This document shows, piece after piece, positions 37,101-46,002 of a stretch of 64,000 nucleotides of DNA; within the stretch, counting starts at the first letter, position 1, and every line of letters begins with the position of its first letter. Under the pieces are notes generated by a model. The model made no database searches. It saw nothing but the letters and a program-made list of their open reading frames with translations, and had not been told where the DNA came from. The stretch is from assembly GCA_039198355.1 (NCBI GenBank), contig JBCCTO010000012.1, positions 8,621 through 72,620 on the forward strand. Reading direction: 5' to 3'. This stretch comes from Pseudomonadota bacterium. Lineage in GTDB: Bacteria; Pseudomonadota; Alphaproteobacteria; Rhizobiales; Rhizobiaceae. A program made the translations under genes and the position numbers.

Positions 37101-40100
37101 CGCGCGTCATTTCGGTGACAGCCACCGATGGTGCGCTCACCTCCACCGTTGCCACCACCACCATCACCGTCAACAACATCAATGATGAGCCGGTGGCCAA
37201 TGACGATAGCGGCTTTGAGCTGGATGAGGACACGTTTATCGTCATCCCGCAGGCGGACTTGCTGGCCAATGATACGGATATTGAGGGCGATACGCTTTCC
37301 GTCGTGTCCGTGGACAACGCACCCATCGGGGCCAGTGTGGGCTTTAATGGGGGGGGCGACATCGTCTTTGTGCCCGCCGCCAACCAGTTTGGACCCATGA
37401 GCTTCACCTATACGGTGGCTGACGGGAATGGTGGACAGCGGGTGGGGCTGGTGGAACTGACTGTCCGCTCTGTCAACGATGCCACCGTCATTGATCTTGA
37501 TAGCAATACGGTGCTCGACGGCTATGTGGGCGCGTATACGGAAGACGCGGTGCCCGCACCTCTGGTGGATCCCACTTTCACCATTACCGATGTGGACGAT
37601 ACCTTTATGGAGAGTGCTACCATTGTGCTCACCAACGGTTTTGCTGGTGATTTTATCAACGCTTCTAGCGTTGTGGCTCCTATTTCAGCGAGTTTTTCCA
37701 CCCCTGTTCCCCTCACAACAGATGGGCCGCTAACGCTCACGCTGTCTGGCACGGCGACCCGGGCGCAATATGCCGATGCTATTCGTAGTTTGAGCTTCCG
37801 CGTGTTGACTGACGCGCCGGTAGAGGCGGACCGTCTCTTCGATATTTCGCTTTTTGATGGGGATGATTCCTCCAATGTGGCCCGCTCGCTCATTACGGTC
37901 ACGGCGGTCAATGATGCGCCCGTGGCCGATGATGATACGCTCACCGATAGTGCAGAGGATGTCTCTCGCACTATCCAACGCGCCGATCTTCTGGGCAATG
38001 ATGTTGACCCGGATATTGAACCGGTGACCATCGTCGCGGCGGTGCTCGACGACCCGCTGCACGGCACGCTGGTGTTGAATGGAGACGAGAGCATTACGTT
38101 TACGCCTGCGGGGGATTTCTTTGGCGCGGTGAGCTTCACCTATACCATTGAAGATGCTGCCGGTTTACAGGACACGGCTGTGGCCACTTTCAACGTCACG
38201 TCAGTCAATGACTTGCCGGTGATTGATCTGGACAACGATCCGCTTAACGGGACAGGCTTTGCTACAGGCTACAATGAAGACGATACGGTTGGCGTTGCCA
38301 TCGTAGACCCGAGTGTTGTGTTGCAAGATGTGGATGATGTGCAGTTTTCGTCTGCGCGCATTGTCATTGCCGATGCTCAAGTGGGCGACCAGCTGATCGC
38401 AACGGGTCTACCGGGCGCAATCACCGCCAATTTTACACCGCCCACTTTGCCGCTCACGGTCGCGCAGCCCATCACGGTGGATTTGATTGGGGCGGCCTCC
38501 CTGGCGGATTACCAGACCGCCCTGCAGGGCTTGCGCTTTCTCTCCAACAGCGACGCACCCACACTGGTGAGTGTCACACGCACCATCAATATGAGTGTCA
38601 ATGACGGGCAGGGGGATTCAAACCTGGCCACCACCACGGTGACCATTACGCCTTCCAATGATGCTCCGGTTGGAGCCACCGAAACGTTCACGATGGACGA
38701 GGACACAACCCTGCCGCTCACCAAGGCTGCGTTGCTGTTTAACGATGTGGACCCGGATGGGGATGTGCTGGATATCTCCGCCGTGGGCAATGCCGTCAAT
38801 GGTGCCGTGTCTTTGGTGGGCAGCCAGATTTTCTTCCAGGCGGACCCGGACTTTTTCGGCACGGCCAGTTTTGACTACACCGTAGAAGACCCTGACGGCA
38901 TTTCAGACACCGTTACCGTGACGCTGGATGTGCAGCCCATCAATGATGCGCCCGTGGCTGATCTGGCCGGGTCTGACCCGCTCAGCGATGGCTATACCGA
39001 CCGCTATGTGGAAGGGGATGCGCCTTTGGCCGTGGCGGATACGGATGTGGTGTTCAGCGATATTGATAACGCCAATCTGGCGGGTCTCACGGTGACCATC
39101 ACGAATGGCCAAGTGGGCGATTTGTTGAGCGTGGGCGCCTTGCCACCGGGCATTAGCGTCGCATCGGCCCCCGCTGGTCCCGCGCTTATTCCAAGCGTGG
39201 TGGAACTGCGCCTGACGGGGGCGGCTTCTTTGGCCGATTATCAGGCTGCTTTGCAGGCCATCGGCTACTCATCCGCCTCCAATGACCCCAGCACGATCGA
39301 TCGGTCCATCGCCATCACGGTGACGGACGGCGCGCTGAGTTCATCCCCTGTCACCACGATTATGGAAGTGGAATCCGTCAATGATGCGCCGGTGTCCGGT
39401 GCGGACGGTGTGTTTACTTTTGACGAGGACACGAATTTCACCATCGCTGACGCGGCCCTGCTGCTGAACGATACGGATGGTGAAAACAATCCGTTGACGA
39501 TTACCGGCGTGGGGGCTGCCGCCAACGGCACCGTTACGCTGGTTGGTGGTCAGATCACCTTTGTGCCGAACCCCAATTACAATGGGCCTGCTTCCTTTGA
39601 ATACACCGTGACGGACGGCTTTGACCCTGTGCAGGGCACGGTAAACCTGTTCGTGGCTGCGGTGGATGATCCGCCTGTCTTCACCAATGGCAATGGCTAT
39701 GTGGTGCGGCATACGGAGGATGGTGCCAGTGTTGCAATCGTCGATGCGGTCACAACTCTCCAAGATGTTGATACCGCTCAACTCAGCGGTGCCAACATTG
39801 TGCTCACCAATGGTCAGGTGGGTGATTTGCTCACCGTTGGCGCACTTCCCGGTGGCATTACGGCCAGTGCCAGCCCAGCAGGCGCGTTGACCGTGGCTCA
39901 GTCTGTCACCATCACCCTTTCAGGCCAAGCTGACGTGGCGGATTATGAAGCGGCCTTGCAGCAGATCACGTTTGAAACGGGCTCCAACGCGCCCAGCGAA
40001 ACAGACCGTGTTTTCGCCATTACCGTCAATGACGGCACGACAAACTCCGCGCCACTAAACACAACGGTTGAAGTGCGGGGCGTGAATGACGCCCCCACCG

Positions 40101-43100
40101 TGGTGGATGACGGGCCTTTCACACTGGACGAAGACACCCCTTTCCAGGCGGCTGCGGTGAACTTTTTGTTCAATGATAGCGACTTTGAGGGCGATGCGCT
40201 TTCCGTTGTGGCGGTTGGCGGCGCGGTGAACGGATCGGTGGTGTTGTCTTCCGGCGGCATCATCACGTTCACGCCTGATCCAAACTATTTCGGCCCCGCC
40301 AGCTTCACCTATGATGTGCGCGATGCTCTGGGCAGTATCAGTACGGGCACGGTGAACCTGATTTACACTTCTGTGAACGATGTGGTGGAGCTTCGCTTGG
40401 ATGGCACGGCGGGTTCAGACCAGCGCCTCACCGCCTACACGGAAAATGATGTGGGGCGTGTGCTGGTGGAGGCGGCTGCCACGCTGGTGGACGTGGATAA
40501 TCCCACTCTCTTCGGGGCAAATGTTACCCTATTCGACGGTAAAGCGGGCGACACCCTAGGTGCCGGGTCCTATGCCGGGCCATTGACCATCACCACTGTA
40601 CCTCCCGCCGGAACACTGGGCGCAGATGGGCTTTTGCAATTGACCATCACCGGGGCCGGCACCCAGTCGGACTATTTAGCTGCGCTGCAAGCAGTCACCT
40701 ATTCGTCCACGTCGGAAAATCCTGACACGTCCACCCGGGCTCTCCAAATCTACATTACTGATGGCATCGATACTTCCGCCCCCGCTGAGGTGCTGGTGGC
40801 CATCACGGCGGTAAACGATGCGCCGGTGGGTGTTGATGATGGTGTGTTTACCTTTGACGAAGACACGGTCATGGAACTGCCGGTGGCTACGCTCACCGCC
40901 AATGATACGGATGCGGAAAATGATCCGCTGACGATCATTGGGGTCAACGCGCCTGTGAACGGTACGGTGTCGCTGGATGCGGATAATGTCATTCGGTTCA
41001 CACCAGCCCCTGCTTATTCTGGCCCGGCCTCGTTTGACTATACCATGCGCGACCCTGCTGGTCTGACCAGTACAGCCACGGTGAACCTGTTTGTGACGGC
41101 CGTGAATGATGCGCCGATCATTGATCTTGATGGGCTTGGCACGCCTGCCACAGGCTTCTCCGCCACCTATGTGGAAAACGCGCCAGCCATCGCCATCGTG
41201 GACCCCACGGTGAGTGTGTTTGATGAAGACCATGGGGCGCTGCAAAGCGCACAGGTGGTACTGACCAATGGTGCGCCCGGTGATGTGCTGGAACTGGGCC
41301 TCGTGCCTGGCACTATCAGCGCCAGCGTCGCGCCGGCTGCGCCTCTCACGAGCGCTGGCACTGTTACCATCACATTTACGGGCAATGCAGCGCTTGCGGA
41401 CTATGAAGCGGCGCTTGCAGCCATCACTTATCGCTCAACCTCCGAAAACCCGGATACGACCGACCGGGTGATCGAAGTGACGGGCTTTGATGGGCAGAAT
41501 AATTCGGCAGTTTCGGTGAGTACGATTTCGATCTCGGCAGTCAATGATGCGCCGGATGCGGTGGACGACGGTACGCCGGTGGCGATCACGCTGCTGGAGG
41601 ACACGCCTTTTGCCTTCAACCCTGTGGCAAGCAATGACACGGATTTTGAAGGGGATGTGCTCACCATAACTGCCATCAACGGCAACCCCATCGCCCTTGG
41701 CGGGAGCGTGACACTGCCGGAAGGGACTGTGGGGCTTGCGAGCGACGGTCAAACGCTGACCTTTGCCCCTGCGCTCAACACGTTTGGTCCCGTACAGTTT
41801 GATTATACCATCACCGATGGCGCACTGACGGACACGGCGACGATCGATCTGAACGTTTTCCCGGTCAACGATGCGCCTATTGCCGTGGATGATGGGCCTG
41901 TGGTGTTGGTGGAAGATGGTTCCGCCACGTTTGACCCCATCACCTCCAACGACAGTGATGTGGAAGGCGACCCACTCTCCATTGCAGAAATTATGGGTCA
42001 GCCCATCGCCTCCGGTGGGACGGTGACGACAGTGTTTGGTGATGTCTCGCTGGGGCTTGATGGCCGCACGCTGACCTTCACGCCCAAAGCCGATTTTGCC
42101 GGTCAGGCTCTCATCACCTACGGCGTAACGGATGGGGCTGATATAGGCACGGCGACCATTACATTCGATGTGACGCCCGTTGACGATCCGCTGGTAATCA
42201 CCGGCAATCCTGGGACCGTCGCGCTGAATGATGGCCAGTTGGTGAACCTTTCCATGGCGGCTTTTGTGACGGATGTGGATGGAGATGCACTCACCTTTGC
42301 AGCCACCGGTTTGCCTACAGGCCTGTTCATCGATGCCTCCACCGGCATTATTTCCGGCCAGGTGGCCGCTGACGCGTCCCAATCCTCGCCGTATGGCGTG
42401 ATGATTACGGTAGGCGACGGCATTTCTTCCACGGAGAGCTTTGGTTTTGCCGTTGAGGTGAGCAATACGGTGCCCATGCCAACAGCCGGGCAGACCGTCA
42501 TCCTGCCTGAGGGAGATGACTTTGCTGTCCCTGTGGCAGATTACTTTGATGATGCCGATGGTGATACGCTCACCTTTGATGCTCAAAACCTCCCCTCATG
42601 GGTGAGTTTCGATGGTGAGATGCTCACGGGTACTGTTCCCGCCGATGCAGCCCTTTTCGGCACAGTGACGATCCAGCTTTTGGCCGATGATGGGCAAGGG
42701 GGCACTGCCAGTGCCGATTTGACGCTTGATCCGCGCAATGTTTCTCCCATCCAAGTGGGCACCCTTGCCGACAAGATTGTGATGGAGGGCGATGCGGTCT
42801 CCATCTCCCTTGACGGTGTGTTTGAAGATGGTGGCAATGACGGGGATGTGCTGGTGAGCAGCGTCACCGGCCTGCCCGATGGCTTGGCCTTCGACGCTGA
42901 TAGCGGCGAAATTTCCGGCACTGTCACCACCCCGTCGCCGACGCCCTATGTGGTCAGTGTCATGGTGACGGACGGGCAGGGCGGTGCGGTGAGCACCACA
43001 TTCTCCATCACCGTCAACGCGCTCCCCATTGAGCAAGTACCCGATGAGCCTTTAAACCCCGTGAACTCAGGGGATCCCGTGGACCGGGGCCCGCAAATCT

Positions 43101-43933
43101 TCAGCGATTTTGTGCTCGAACAGGATGATGCTGAACAGGACAACGGCCAAAATGCGCTGTTTGAGGACTTGGTGAATTTTGAGCCGGAGCAGACGGAAAT
43201 TTCCACCATTGACCCGCTCTCCATCATTTCCATGATCGACCAGATCGCGGGTTTGAACGGCACGACGTCCGTCGAAGAAGGTGGGGCCGTCAATGAAGCG
43301 GTGGACAAAATTCAATCGCTCAATGGTGCTGTGCCACCCTCCAATGGTGCCGGTGGCGATAATGGCAATCCCGCTTTCCAACTGGCCAATTGGGTGGGCA
43401 ACACGTCGAACGGCGTGTCCAATGGGGAGTCCAGCCTCACCTCCAGCTTTGTGGAGCCCGCCACCCTTATTCCCACCAATGATCGGGAAGAAGAGGAGGA
43501 TAAAGAGATCGAGTTGCAGGAAAAGGGCGATACCCGTCTTGCCCGCTTCTCGCTGGCCGCCACAGAGCGGGCTGGCAAACTCTATTTGCAACTCACCAAT
43601 GCCCTGCACGCCACCCGTGACGGCAAACTTGCCAGCGCCGAGGTGACCACCACCGATGGCAAGCCTCTGCCGGACTGGATGAAGGTGATCCGCTCCGATT
43701 TCGTGACGGCTGAACCGCCGGTGGGTCTGGAAAAATTCGCCCTGCGCATTTCGATTGAGCTGGAAAGCGGTGACAAACTATCGAAACTCGTTGTGGTGGA
43801 CGTTGCCACAGGTCAGGTGACGGCGGCGACCGTGAAAGAGGCCATGAGCGTTGATAGCGATGCGCGCGACGCGTTGCGCACCGGCGCTGCGCCTGTCCAG
43901 CAACCCACTGGTGAGCGGGCAAGCGCGGGATAG
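31178..43933 (+). CDS. giant (4,251 aa) surface adhesin-like protein: N-terminal DUF4347, many cadherin-like/tandem-95-type modules, a NIDO-like insert, C-terminal dystroglycan-type (He_PIG) Ig modules
   Basis: A single uninterrupted ORF. The N-terminus has MRALEPRILLDAAA then EIVFIDAGV..HIFSHGAAGALQLG..ILIYGCDFGQG..ADIAASDDLTG..GDWDLE, read as DUF4347. At least 16 VNDAP-type module junctions were counted by eye. LTFAATGLPTGLFIDASTGIISG-type repeats lie near the C-terminus. Confidence 0.88.
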   Translation: MAGRFKSIFKSSPEAVPVPVKEKPLMRALEPRILLDAAAMETYVDFAGRAAHNQLADDFLAEQKGPVDAPAPASDNTVAVDNTGVIEPVAGEAFVTEPLAEEGAAPGGIEREIVFIDAGVQNPDGLIASLQPGVRIVMLDADEDGVLQMASALETGGPYDAVHIFSHGAAGALQLGNGTLNEASISGEYRAALMGIGRSLSEDGDILIYGCDFGQGEQGQRAAGLLAGITGADIAASDDLTGSESLAGDWDLELHLGQVETPAFSAPDWEGILSGYVIEAQGAPVIGHIDGGIVGTAGTTALWANAVSLDDGMGGTTLFDIRATLIGQTQFAATTFETTNVDSPTADDFRVVLTNTGPQDPNGVVPGALVPAEAAVRWQILEAGTDNPAPPDQINILLDDIVGRGGVALSDQVVTVEAQEISRYTVESSNDLDISGDEDGFTISGTTEFADERDQIAIEWESANRFVVVYRSTSLINNFDMAGTDDLSSFSNPDTVEARSVDLNGPSDPGNDYTTTYVNVSSVAEVPGMPETFDVPVSITDLDVEIFDLDNAFIEGATITLTNAQAGDQLNFDTTLLNTLKLSVNSFTIPGAPGNPDQIVVELQNSARISNYLTAIQSITYSNGLADGAFNTGPRFIDVTVSDGVASSSATTTVLVGSAGLGPITGNTVYVADEGGTISATAVTGILGDDRDGNGDDLDVITVTDAMGVALIPEMVMGVSTGYLVNPTDPISGESTLTNGASLRVNMEDGSFTYTPSPFYNGSETFGYQASDGTFSTDGFFTFNIQPVANDVTLTIIGPDPLTDPGTDEDRPTQTISVNASSPDANEQIFYLADSIPVGVVLTDGLNLFRSTDDEREVDITNWNRNALRVLPIENRDDEISITFIATSVEVDGSFTEELEVATFKVNAVADLPTLIVNEARAGIDEDVDLSSIIQPQLFDTDGSEQFTDITISNIPAGSEILVDGISRPIVGGVVSLTPLELPFLVFRPPQTGAIVTYVMQVSATATEVNPNGDVSVLSATQSGIALEVTLDNVSEPVIAVDDTASTFSGQPVTINVLGNDTINDGTPIITQVNGIGIDVPTPVTLAGGEGIVRMDGLGALIFEPSPNFSGDVNFTYTVQDVDFDEDTANVTVSVLPRWLISSNGTVDEDSGTAQAVFTIELEGAIDQGDIITADLTLVDGNTDAADRQSLADAIAVSMAGPPVEEDFSFNGTTLSYSAPDTNYDVVYDPSGGGFVNIQPTGIPVPLGDDGLTQQFLGFNFKFYGETYDRIFISANGYMSFENTTAAIDGETLDGTALGGRTVLAPYWDDLNTTAGSVFVETRFNARGQQEFIVQWHDVTNKQGGAERGTFQAILTAETGEIRYNYLDVDFANAGSDGGTATIGLQSGSGVADEHAHNTPSSVVSGSSLTFTRGAISNPSFTINLDIYDDPNFELAENFALEFSNPSGAALGDTRANVVIDVSDNMAPVAADDVASVSETGTVILQVIDPNPGTTGEAGEDSDAEGHGLELATVEGNLINGTTIIGLAGGSTLTVEPDGTMTYDPNGKFASLAVGETATETITYFVRDEFGEVSLTPGTLTITINGENQTAEVDLDAGTPSVQNTITTDYPPTANAQAILADPAVVVDVDDSDVTGIRLDLGGFVQSGTEFLAVGSASFQINTTPGLPSTQNATIGGVTLEISYNGFDSISLVRDPAGEFTTAEAAAILAAITYENTSTEDTPGLRTVDIRIDDGQALGDPSTVSVMVLGNNVAPNAVDDGDVTPFPVVEDTPTDFPVADLLANDFDTDIGDSITFVSAQDGPDGTVSYDPMAQTITFTPNANFTGPTSFTYTIQDSQLVTATATVFVDVNPVNDAPDVDLNGVDGGTDYAFTFDENDPLTPIVASDATVFDIDSANLTGMDIVMTGGQAGDILWPLTLPGSLTLTAIPPNVESGLISPTTVTLELRGNASPATYDIALKMIRFGSPLEELDETPRVISVTATDGALTSTVATTTITVNNINDEPVANDDSGFELDEDTFIVIPQADLLANDTDIEGDTLSVVSVDNAPIGASVGFNGGGDIVFVPAANQFGPMSFTYTVADGNGGQRVGLVELTVRSVNDATVIDLDSNTVLDGYVGAYTEDAVPAPLVDPTFTITDVDDTFMESATIVLTNGFAGDFINASSVVAPISASFSTPVPLTTDGPLTLTLSGTATRAQYADAIRSLSFRVLTDAPVEADRLFDISLFDGDDSSNVARSLITVTAVNDAPVADDDTLTDSAEDVSRTIQRADLLGNDVDPDIEPVTIVAAVLDDPLHGTLVLNGDESITFTPAGDFFGAVSFTYTIEDAAGLQDTAVATFNVTSVNDLPVIDLDNDPLNGTGFATGYNEDDTVGVAIVDPSVVLQDVDDVQFSSARIVIADAQVGDQLIATGLPGAITANFTPPTLPLTVAQPITVDLIGAASLADYQTALQGLRFLSNSDAPTLVSVTRTINMSVNDGQGDSNLATTTVTITPSNDAPVGATETFTMDEDTTLPLTKAALLFNDVDPDGDVLDISAVGNAVNGAVSLVGSQIFFQADPDFFGTASFDYTVEDPDGISDTVTVTLDVQPINDAPVADLAGSDPLSDGYTDRYVEGDAPLAVADTDVVFSDIDNANLAGLTVTITNGQVGDLLSVGALPPGISVASAPAGPALIPSVVELRLTGAASLADYQAALQAIGYSSASNDPSTIDRSIAITVTDGALSSSPVTTIMEVESVNDAPVSGADGVFTFDEDTNFTIADAALLLNDTDGENNPLTITGVGAAANGTVTLVGGQITFVPNPNYNGPASFEYTVTDGFDPVQGTVNLFVAAVDDPPVFTNGNGYVVRHTEDGASVAIVDAVTTLQDVDTAQLSGANIVLTNGQVGDLLTVGALPGGITASASPAGALTVAQSVTITLSGQADVADYEAALQQITFETGSNAPSETDRVFAITVNDGTTNSAPLNTTVEVRGVNDAPTVVDDGPFTLDEDTPFQAAAVNFLFNDSDFEGDALSVVAVGGAVNGSVVLSSGGIITFTPDPNYFGPASFTYDVRDALGSISTGTVNLIYTSVNDVVELRLDGTAGSDQRLTAYTENDVGRVLVEAAATLVDVDNPTLFGANVTLFDGKAGDTLGAGSYAGPLTITTVPPAGTLGADGLLQLTITGAGTQSDYLAALQAVTYSSTSENPDTSTRALQIYITDGIDTSAPAEVLVAITAVNDAPVGVDDGVFTFDEDTVMELPVATLTANDTDAENDPLTIIGVNAPVNGTVSLDADNVIRFTPAPAYSGPASFDYTMRDPAGLTSTATVNLFVTAVNDAPIIDLDGLGTPATGFSATYVENAPAIAIVDPTVSVFDEDHGALQSAQVVLTNGAPGDVLELGLVPGTISASVAPAAPLTSAGTVTITFTGNAALADYEAALAAITYRSTSENPDTTDRVIEVTGFDGQNNSAVSVSTISISAVNDAPDAVDDGTPVAITLLEDTPFAFNPVASNDTDFEGDVLTITAINGNPIALGGSVTLPEGTVGLASDGQTLTFAPALNTFGPVQFDYTITDGALTDTATIDLNVFPVNDAPIAVDDGPVVLVEDGSATFDPITSNDSDVEGDPLSIAEIMGQPIASGGTVTTVFGDVSLGLDGRTLTFTPKADFAGQALITYGVTDGADIGTATITFDVTPVDDPLVITGNPGTVALNDGQLVNLSMAAFVTDVDGDALTFAATGLPTGLFIDASTGIISGQVAADASQSSPYGVMITVGDGISSTESFGFAVEVSNTVPMPTAGQTVILPEGDDFAVPVADYFDDADGDTLTFDAQNLPSWVSFDGEMLTGTVPADAALFGTVTIQLLADDGQGGTASADLTLDPRNVSPIQVGTLADKIVMEGDAVSISLDGVFEDGGNDGDVLVSSVTGLPDGLAFDADSGEISGTVTTPSPTPYVVSVMVTDGQGGAVSTTFSITVNALPIEQVPDEPLNPVNSGDPVDRGPQIFSDFVLEQDDAEQDNGQNALFEDLVNFEPEQTEISTIDPLSIISMIDQIAGLNGTTSVEEGGAVNEAVDKIQSLNGAVPPSNGAGGDNGNPAFQLANWVGNTSNGVSNGESSLTSSFVEPATLIPTNDREEEEDKEIELQEKGDTRLARFSLAATERAGKLYLQLTNALHATRDGKLASAEVTTTDGKPLPDWMKVIRSDFVTAEPPVGLEKFALRISIELESGDKLSKLVVVDVATGQVTAATVKEAMSVDSDARDALRTGAAPVQQPTGERASAG

Positions 43934-43964
43934 TTACACGCGATCCCATTATGACTGACGTTTG

Positions 43965-43999
43965 AGCGCCCTGCGGTTTTCACCGTGGGGCGCTTTTTC
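43965..43999 (+). terminator. Rho-independent terminator after the adhesin gene
   Basis: AGCGCCCTGCGGTTTTCACCGTGGGGCGCTTTTT, a GC-rich stem followed by a T-run, 32 nt after the stop codon. Confidence 0.65.
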
Positions 44000-44028
44000 G
44001 TTCTGGGTCTCAATGATCCCCGTTAACC

Positions 44029-44049
44029 CTTTGTTCATAATGAACAAAG
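44029..44049. promoter_or_regulatory. perfect 10-bp-arm palindrome CTTTGTTCAT-A-ATGAACAAAG upstream of the TolC-like operon
   Basis: Seen by eye. It lies about 117 bp upstream of GTG 44166 and downstream of the adhesin terminator. Confidence 0.5.
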
Positions 44050-44165
44050 TCACAAGAAATCGATTGCTCTTAAGCCTTCATTAGGCATGAGGAGCGATAG
44101 TGAAACCAACGAAAACGGCATCCCCCGATTTCGTGGGCGACAGTATTTAGTACGGGGAATATCCA

Positions 44166-45914
44166 GTGAAGCGTATCCTTATAATATCGGCCCTGGCGTT
44201 GAGCGTCAGCGCCTGCACCGTCACTCCAAAGCCCCTCACGACGGGTTCCCTGAGCAAATTTGCATCCAACAGCCTGGCGCGGGTGACCGCGGGGCAGCAG
44301 CCTGTCACCAACTCCATCGACCTTTATGAGGCCATGGCGCGGGCGCTGAAATACAATCTCGATTTCCATGTGGAACTCTACAACGAGGCGCTGGCCAGCA
44401 AACAGCTGGAAGCGGCCAGGTTGGATACACTGCCCAATCTGATTGCGTCGGCGGCCTATACGGGGCGCAATAATGACAGCGGTAATCTGGGGTCCTCCGT
44501 ATTCCCAGATCGGGAGAAATTCCAAAACGACATCAATTTGTCGTGGAACATTCTGGACTTCGGCCTGTCCAAAGTGCGGGCCGAGCAGGCTGCGGATGAG
44601 GTGTTGGTGGCGCGGGAAAACCGCCGCAAAATCATCAACCGTGTGATTGAAGATGTGCGCACATCCTATTGGCGCGCCGTTTCGGCCGACCGTTTGGTGG
44701 TTGGACTGCGCCGGTTGGAGGGCCGCACCAAGCGGGCCATGGCCAATGCCAAGGCGCTGGAGGATGAGGGCCAAACTTCACCGCTCACCTCGCTGACCTA
44801 TCAGCGGGAATTGGTGGAAATTCAGCAGCGCATTCAGCGGCTGCAAAAAGACCTGTCACTGGCCAAAATGCAGCTGGCGGCTCTCATGAACATCCGTCCG
44901 GGCGAACACTTTACGCTGGCCCAGCCCGTGCGTCGCGCCACGTCCACCGATCTGGTGATGACGGGCGAGGAAATGGTATTTGCCGCGCTGGAAAACCGGC
45001 CGGAAATTCGTGATATTCAGTATAAGCTGCGCATCAATTCCAAGGAGGCCCGCCGGGCATTCTTGCAAATGCTGCCTAATGCGAACCTGTTCGCCACGGC
45101 CAATTTTGACAGCGACAACTATCTTTATAATTCCAACTGGGTGGGCTGGGGCGCCAAGGCCACTTGGAACCTGCTTTCCATTTTCAAATATCCTGCGCAA
45201 AAGCGGGCCATTGAGGCCCAGTCGGACGTTTTGGACCAGCGGGCGCTGGCGGTGACCATGGCAATCATGACCCAGGTTCACGTCTCCCGCGTGCGCTACC
45301 GCCATTCCAAAAAGCTCTATCTGACAGCGGCCAAGCATTTGCAGGTGCAAAAGCGCATCGTGCAGCAAATTCGCGCCAGCCATGCGGAAGAGCAGGCCAG
45401 CGAGCAGACCTTGATCCGCGAAGAGATGAACACGCTGGCAAGCCAGGTGTCTTCCGATATCGCTTATGCGGACCTGCAAAACGCTTATGCGAATATCTAC
45501 GCCTCCATGGGCATTGACCCCTATGCAGATGATCTGCGCCACAGCCACAGCGTGGAAGAATTGGCGGCAAGCCTGCGCAATGTGTGGATTGAGCGGGGCG
45601 ATAATTCCGGTGCCATCCGCGCCCACCGGTCTGCTAAAGCGCACCGCATAACCGACAGCATGGCCACCCATGGCATTCGCAAGGGCACTGGTGGTCAGCA
45701 CAAGCAAGTGGTGACCGGTTCGGTGAAAGTCGCGCCAACCGGTCAGAGCGGATGGCAGAATTTTGGGAGCCAGGCGGTGCCCGCATCACCCAAGCCACCA
45801 GCCGCCGCAAAGCCCCAAGTGGTCGATGTGCCGGCCAAGAAAAAGGTTGGGTTCTTTGCCTCCCTTGCGCGTGGCGGAGACCGGTCGAGGCCCGTGAGAG
45901 ACGATAACCGCTAG
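44166..45914 (+). CDS. TolC/NodT-family outer-membrane factor lipoprotein with low-complexity C-terminal extension
   Basis: Lipobox MKRILIISALALSVSAC. Two OEP-type repeats (YEAMARALKYNLDF..., AALENRPEIRDIQYKLR...). The basic/Pro-rich tail is about 120 aa. Confidence 0.8.
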   Translation: MKRILIISALALSVSACTVTPKPLTTGSLSKFASNSLARVTAGQQPVTNSIDLYEAMARALKYNLDFHVELYNEALASKQLEAARLDTLPNLIASAAYTGRNNDSGNLGSSVFPDREKFQNDINLSWNILDFGLSKVRAEQAADEVLVARENRRKIINRVIEDVRTSYWRAVSADRLVVGLRRLEGRTKRAMANAKALEDEGQTSPLTSLTYQRELVEIQQRIQRLQKDLSLAKMQLAALMNIRPGEHFTLAQPVRRATSTDLVMTGEEMVFAALENRPEIRDIQYKLRINSKEARRAFLQMLPNANLFATANFDSDNYLYNSNWVGWGAKATWNLLSIFKYPAQKRAIEAQSDVLDQRALAVTMAIMTQVHVSRVRYRHSKKLYLTAAKHLQVQKRIVQQIRASHAEEQASEQTLIREEMNTLASQVSSDIAYADLQNAYANIYASMGIDPYADDLRHSHSVEELAASLRNVWIERGDNSGAIRAHRSAKAHRITDSMATHGIRKGTGGQHKQVVTGSVKVAPTGQSGWQNFGSQAVPASPKPPAAAKPQVVDVPAKKKVGFFASLARGGDRSRPVRDDNR

Positions 45915-46002
45915 GCCCTTTTTAACCGCCGATTAACCCTCCGTTCAGCACACTGGCCCTTGTTTGGGACCTGTCGGGACGGCAGCGAAGAAAGACATTT
46001 TG

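Noticed and set aside
36700-41900. Long-range ~600-nt periodic similarity inside the adhesin gene, considered as possible tandem duplication, IS, or assembly collapse.
   Set aside because: The repeats are diverged at the nucleotide level, keep one reading frame and correspond to protein modules. No terminal inverted repeats or transposase were seen. Assembly accuracy cannot be judged from the sequence alone.
44014-44329. Small ORFs in the adhesin/TolC intergenic region (the 22-codon MIPVNPLFIMNKVTRNRLLLSLH and ORF 44087..44329), considered as precursor peptides for the PqqD-like/M50 protein.
   Set aside because: The first spans the palindromic operator and has no SD. The second overlaps the TolC-like gene out of frame. 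Neither has leader/core features. They are kept only as a note that no precursor was found.
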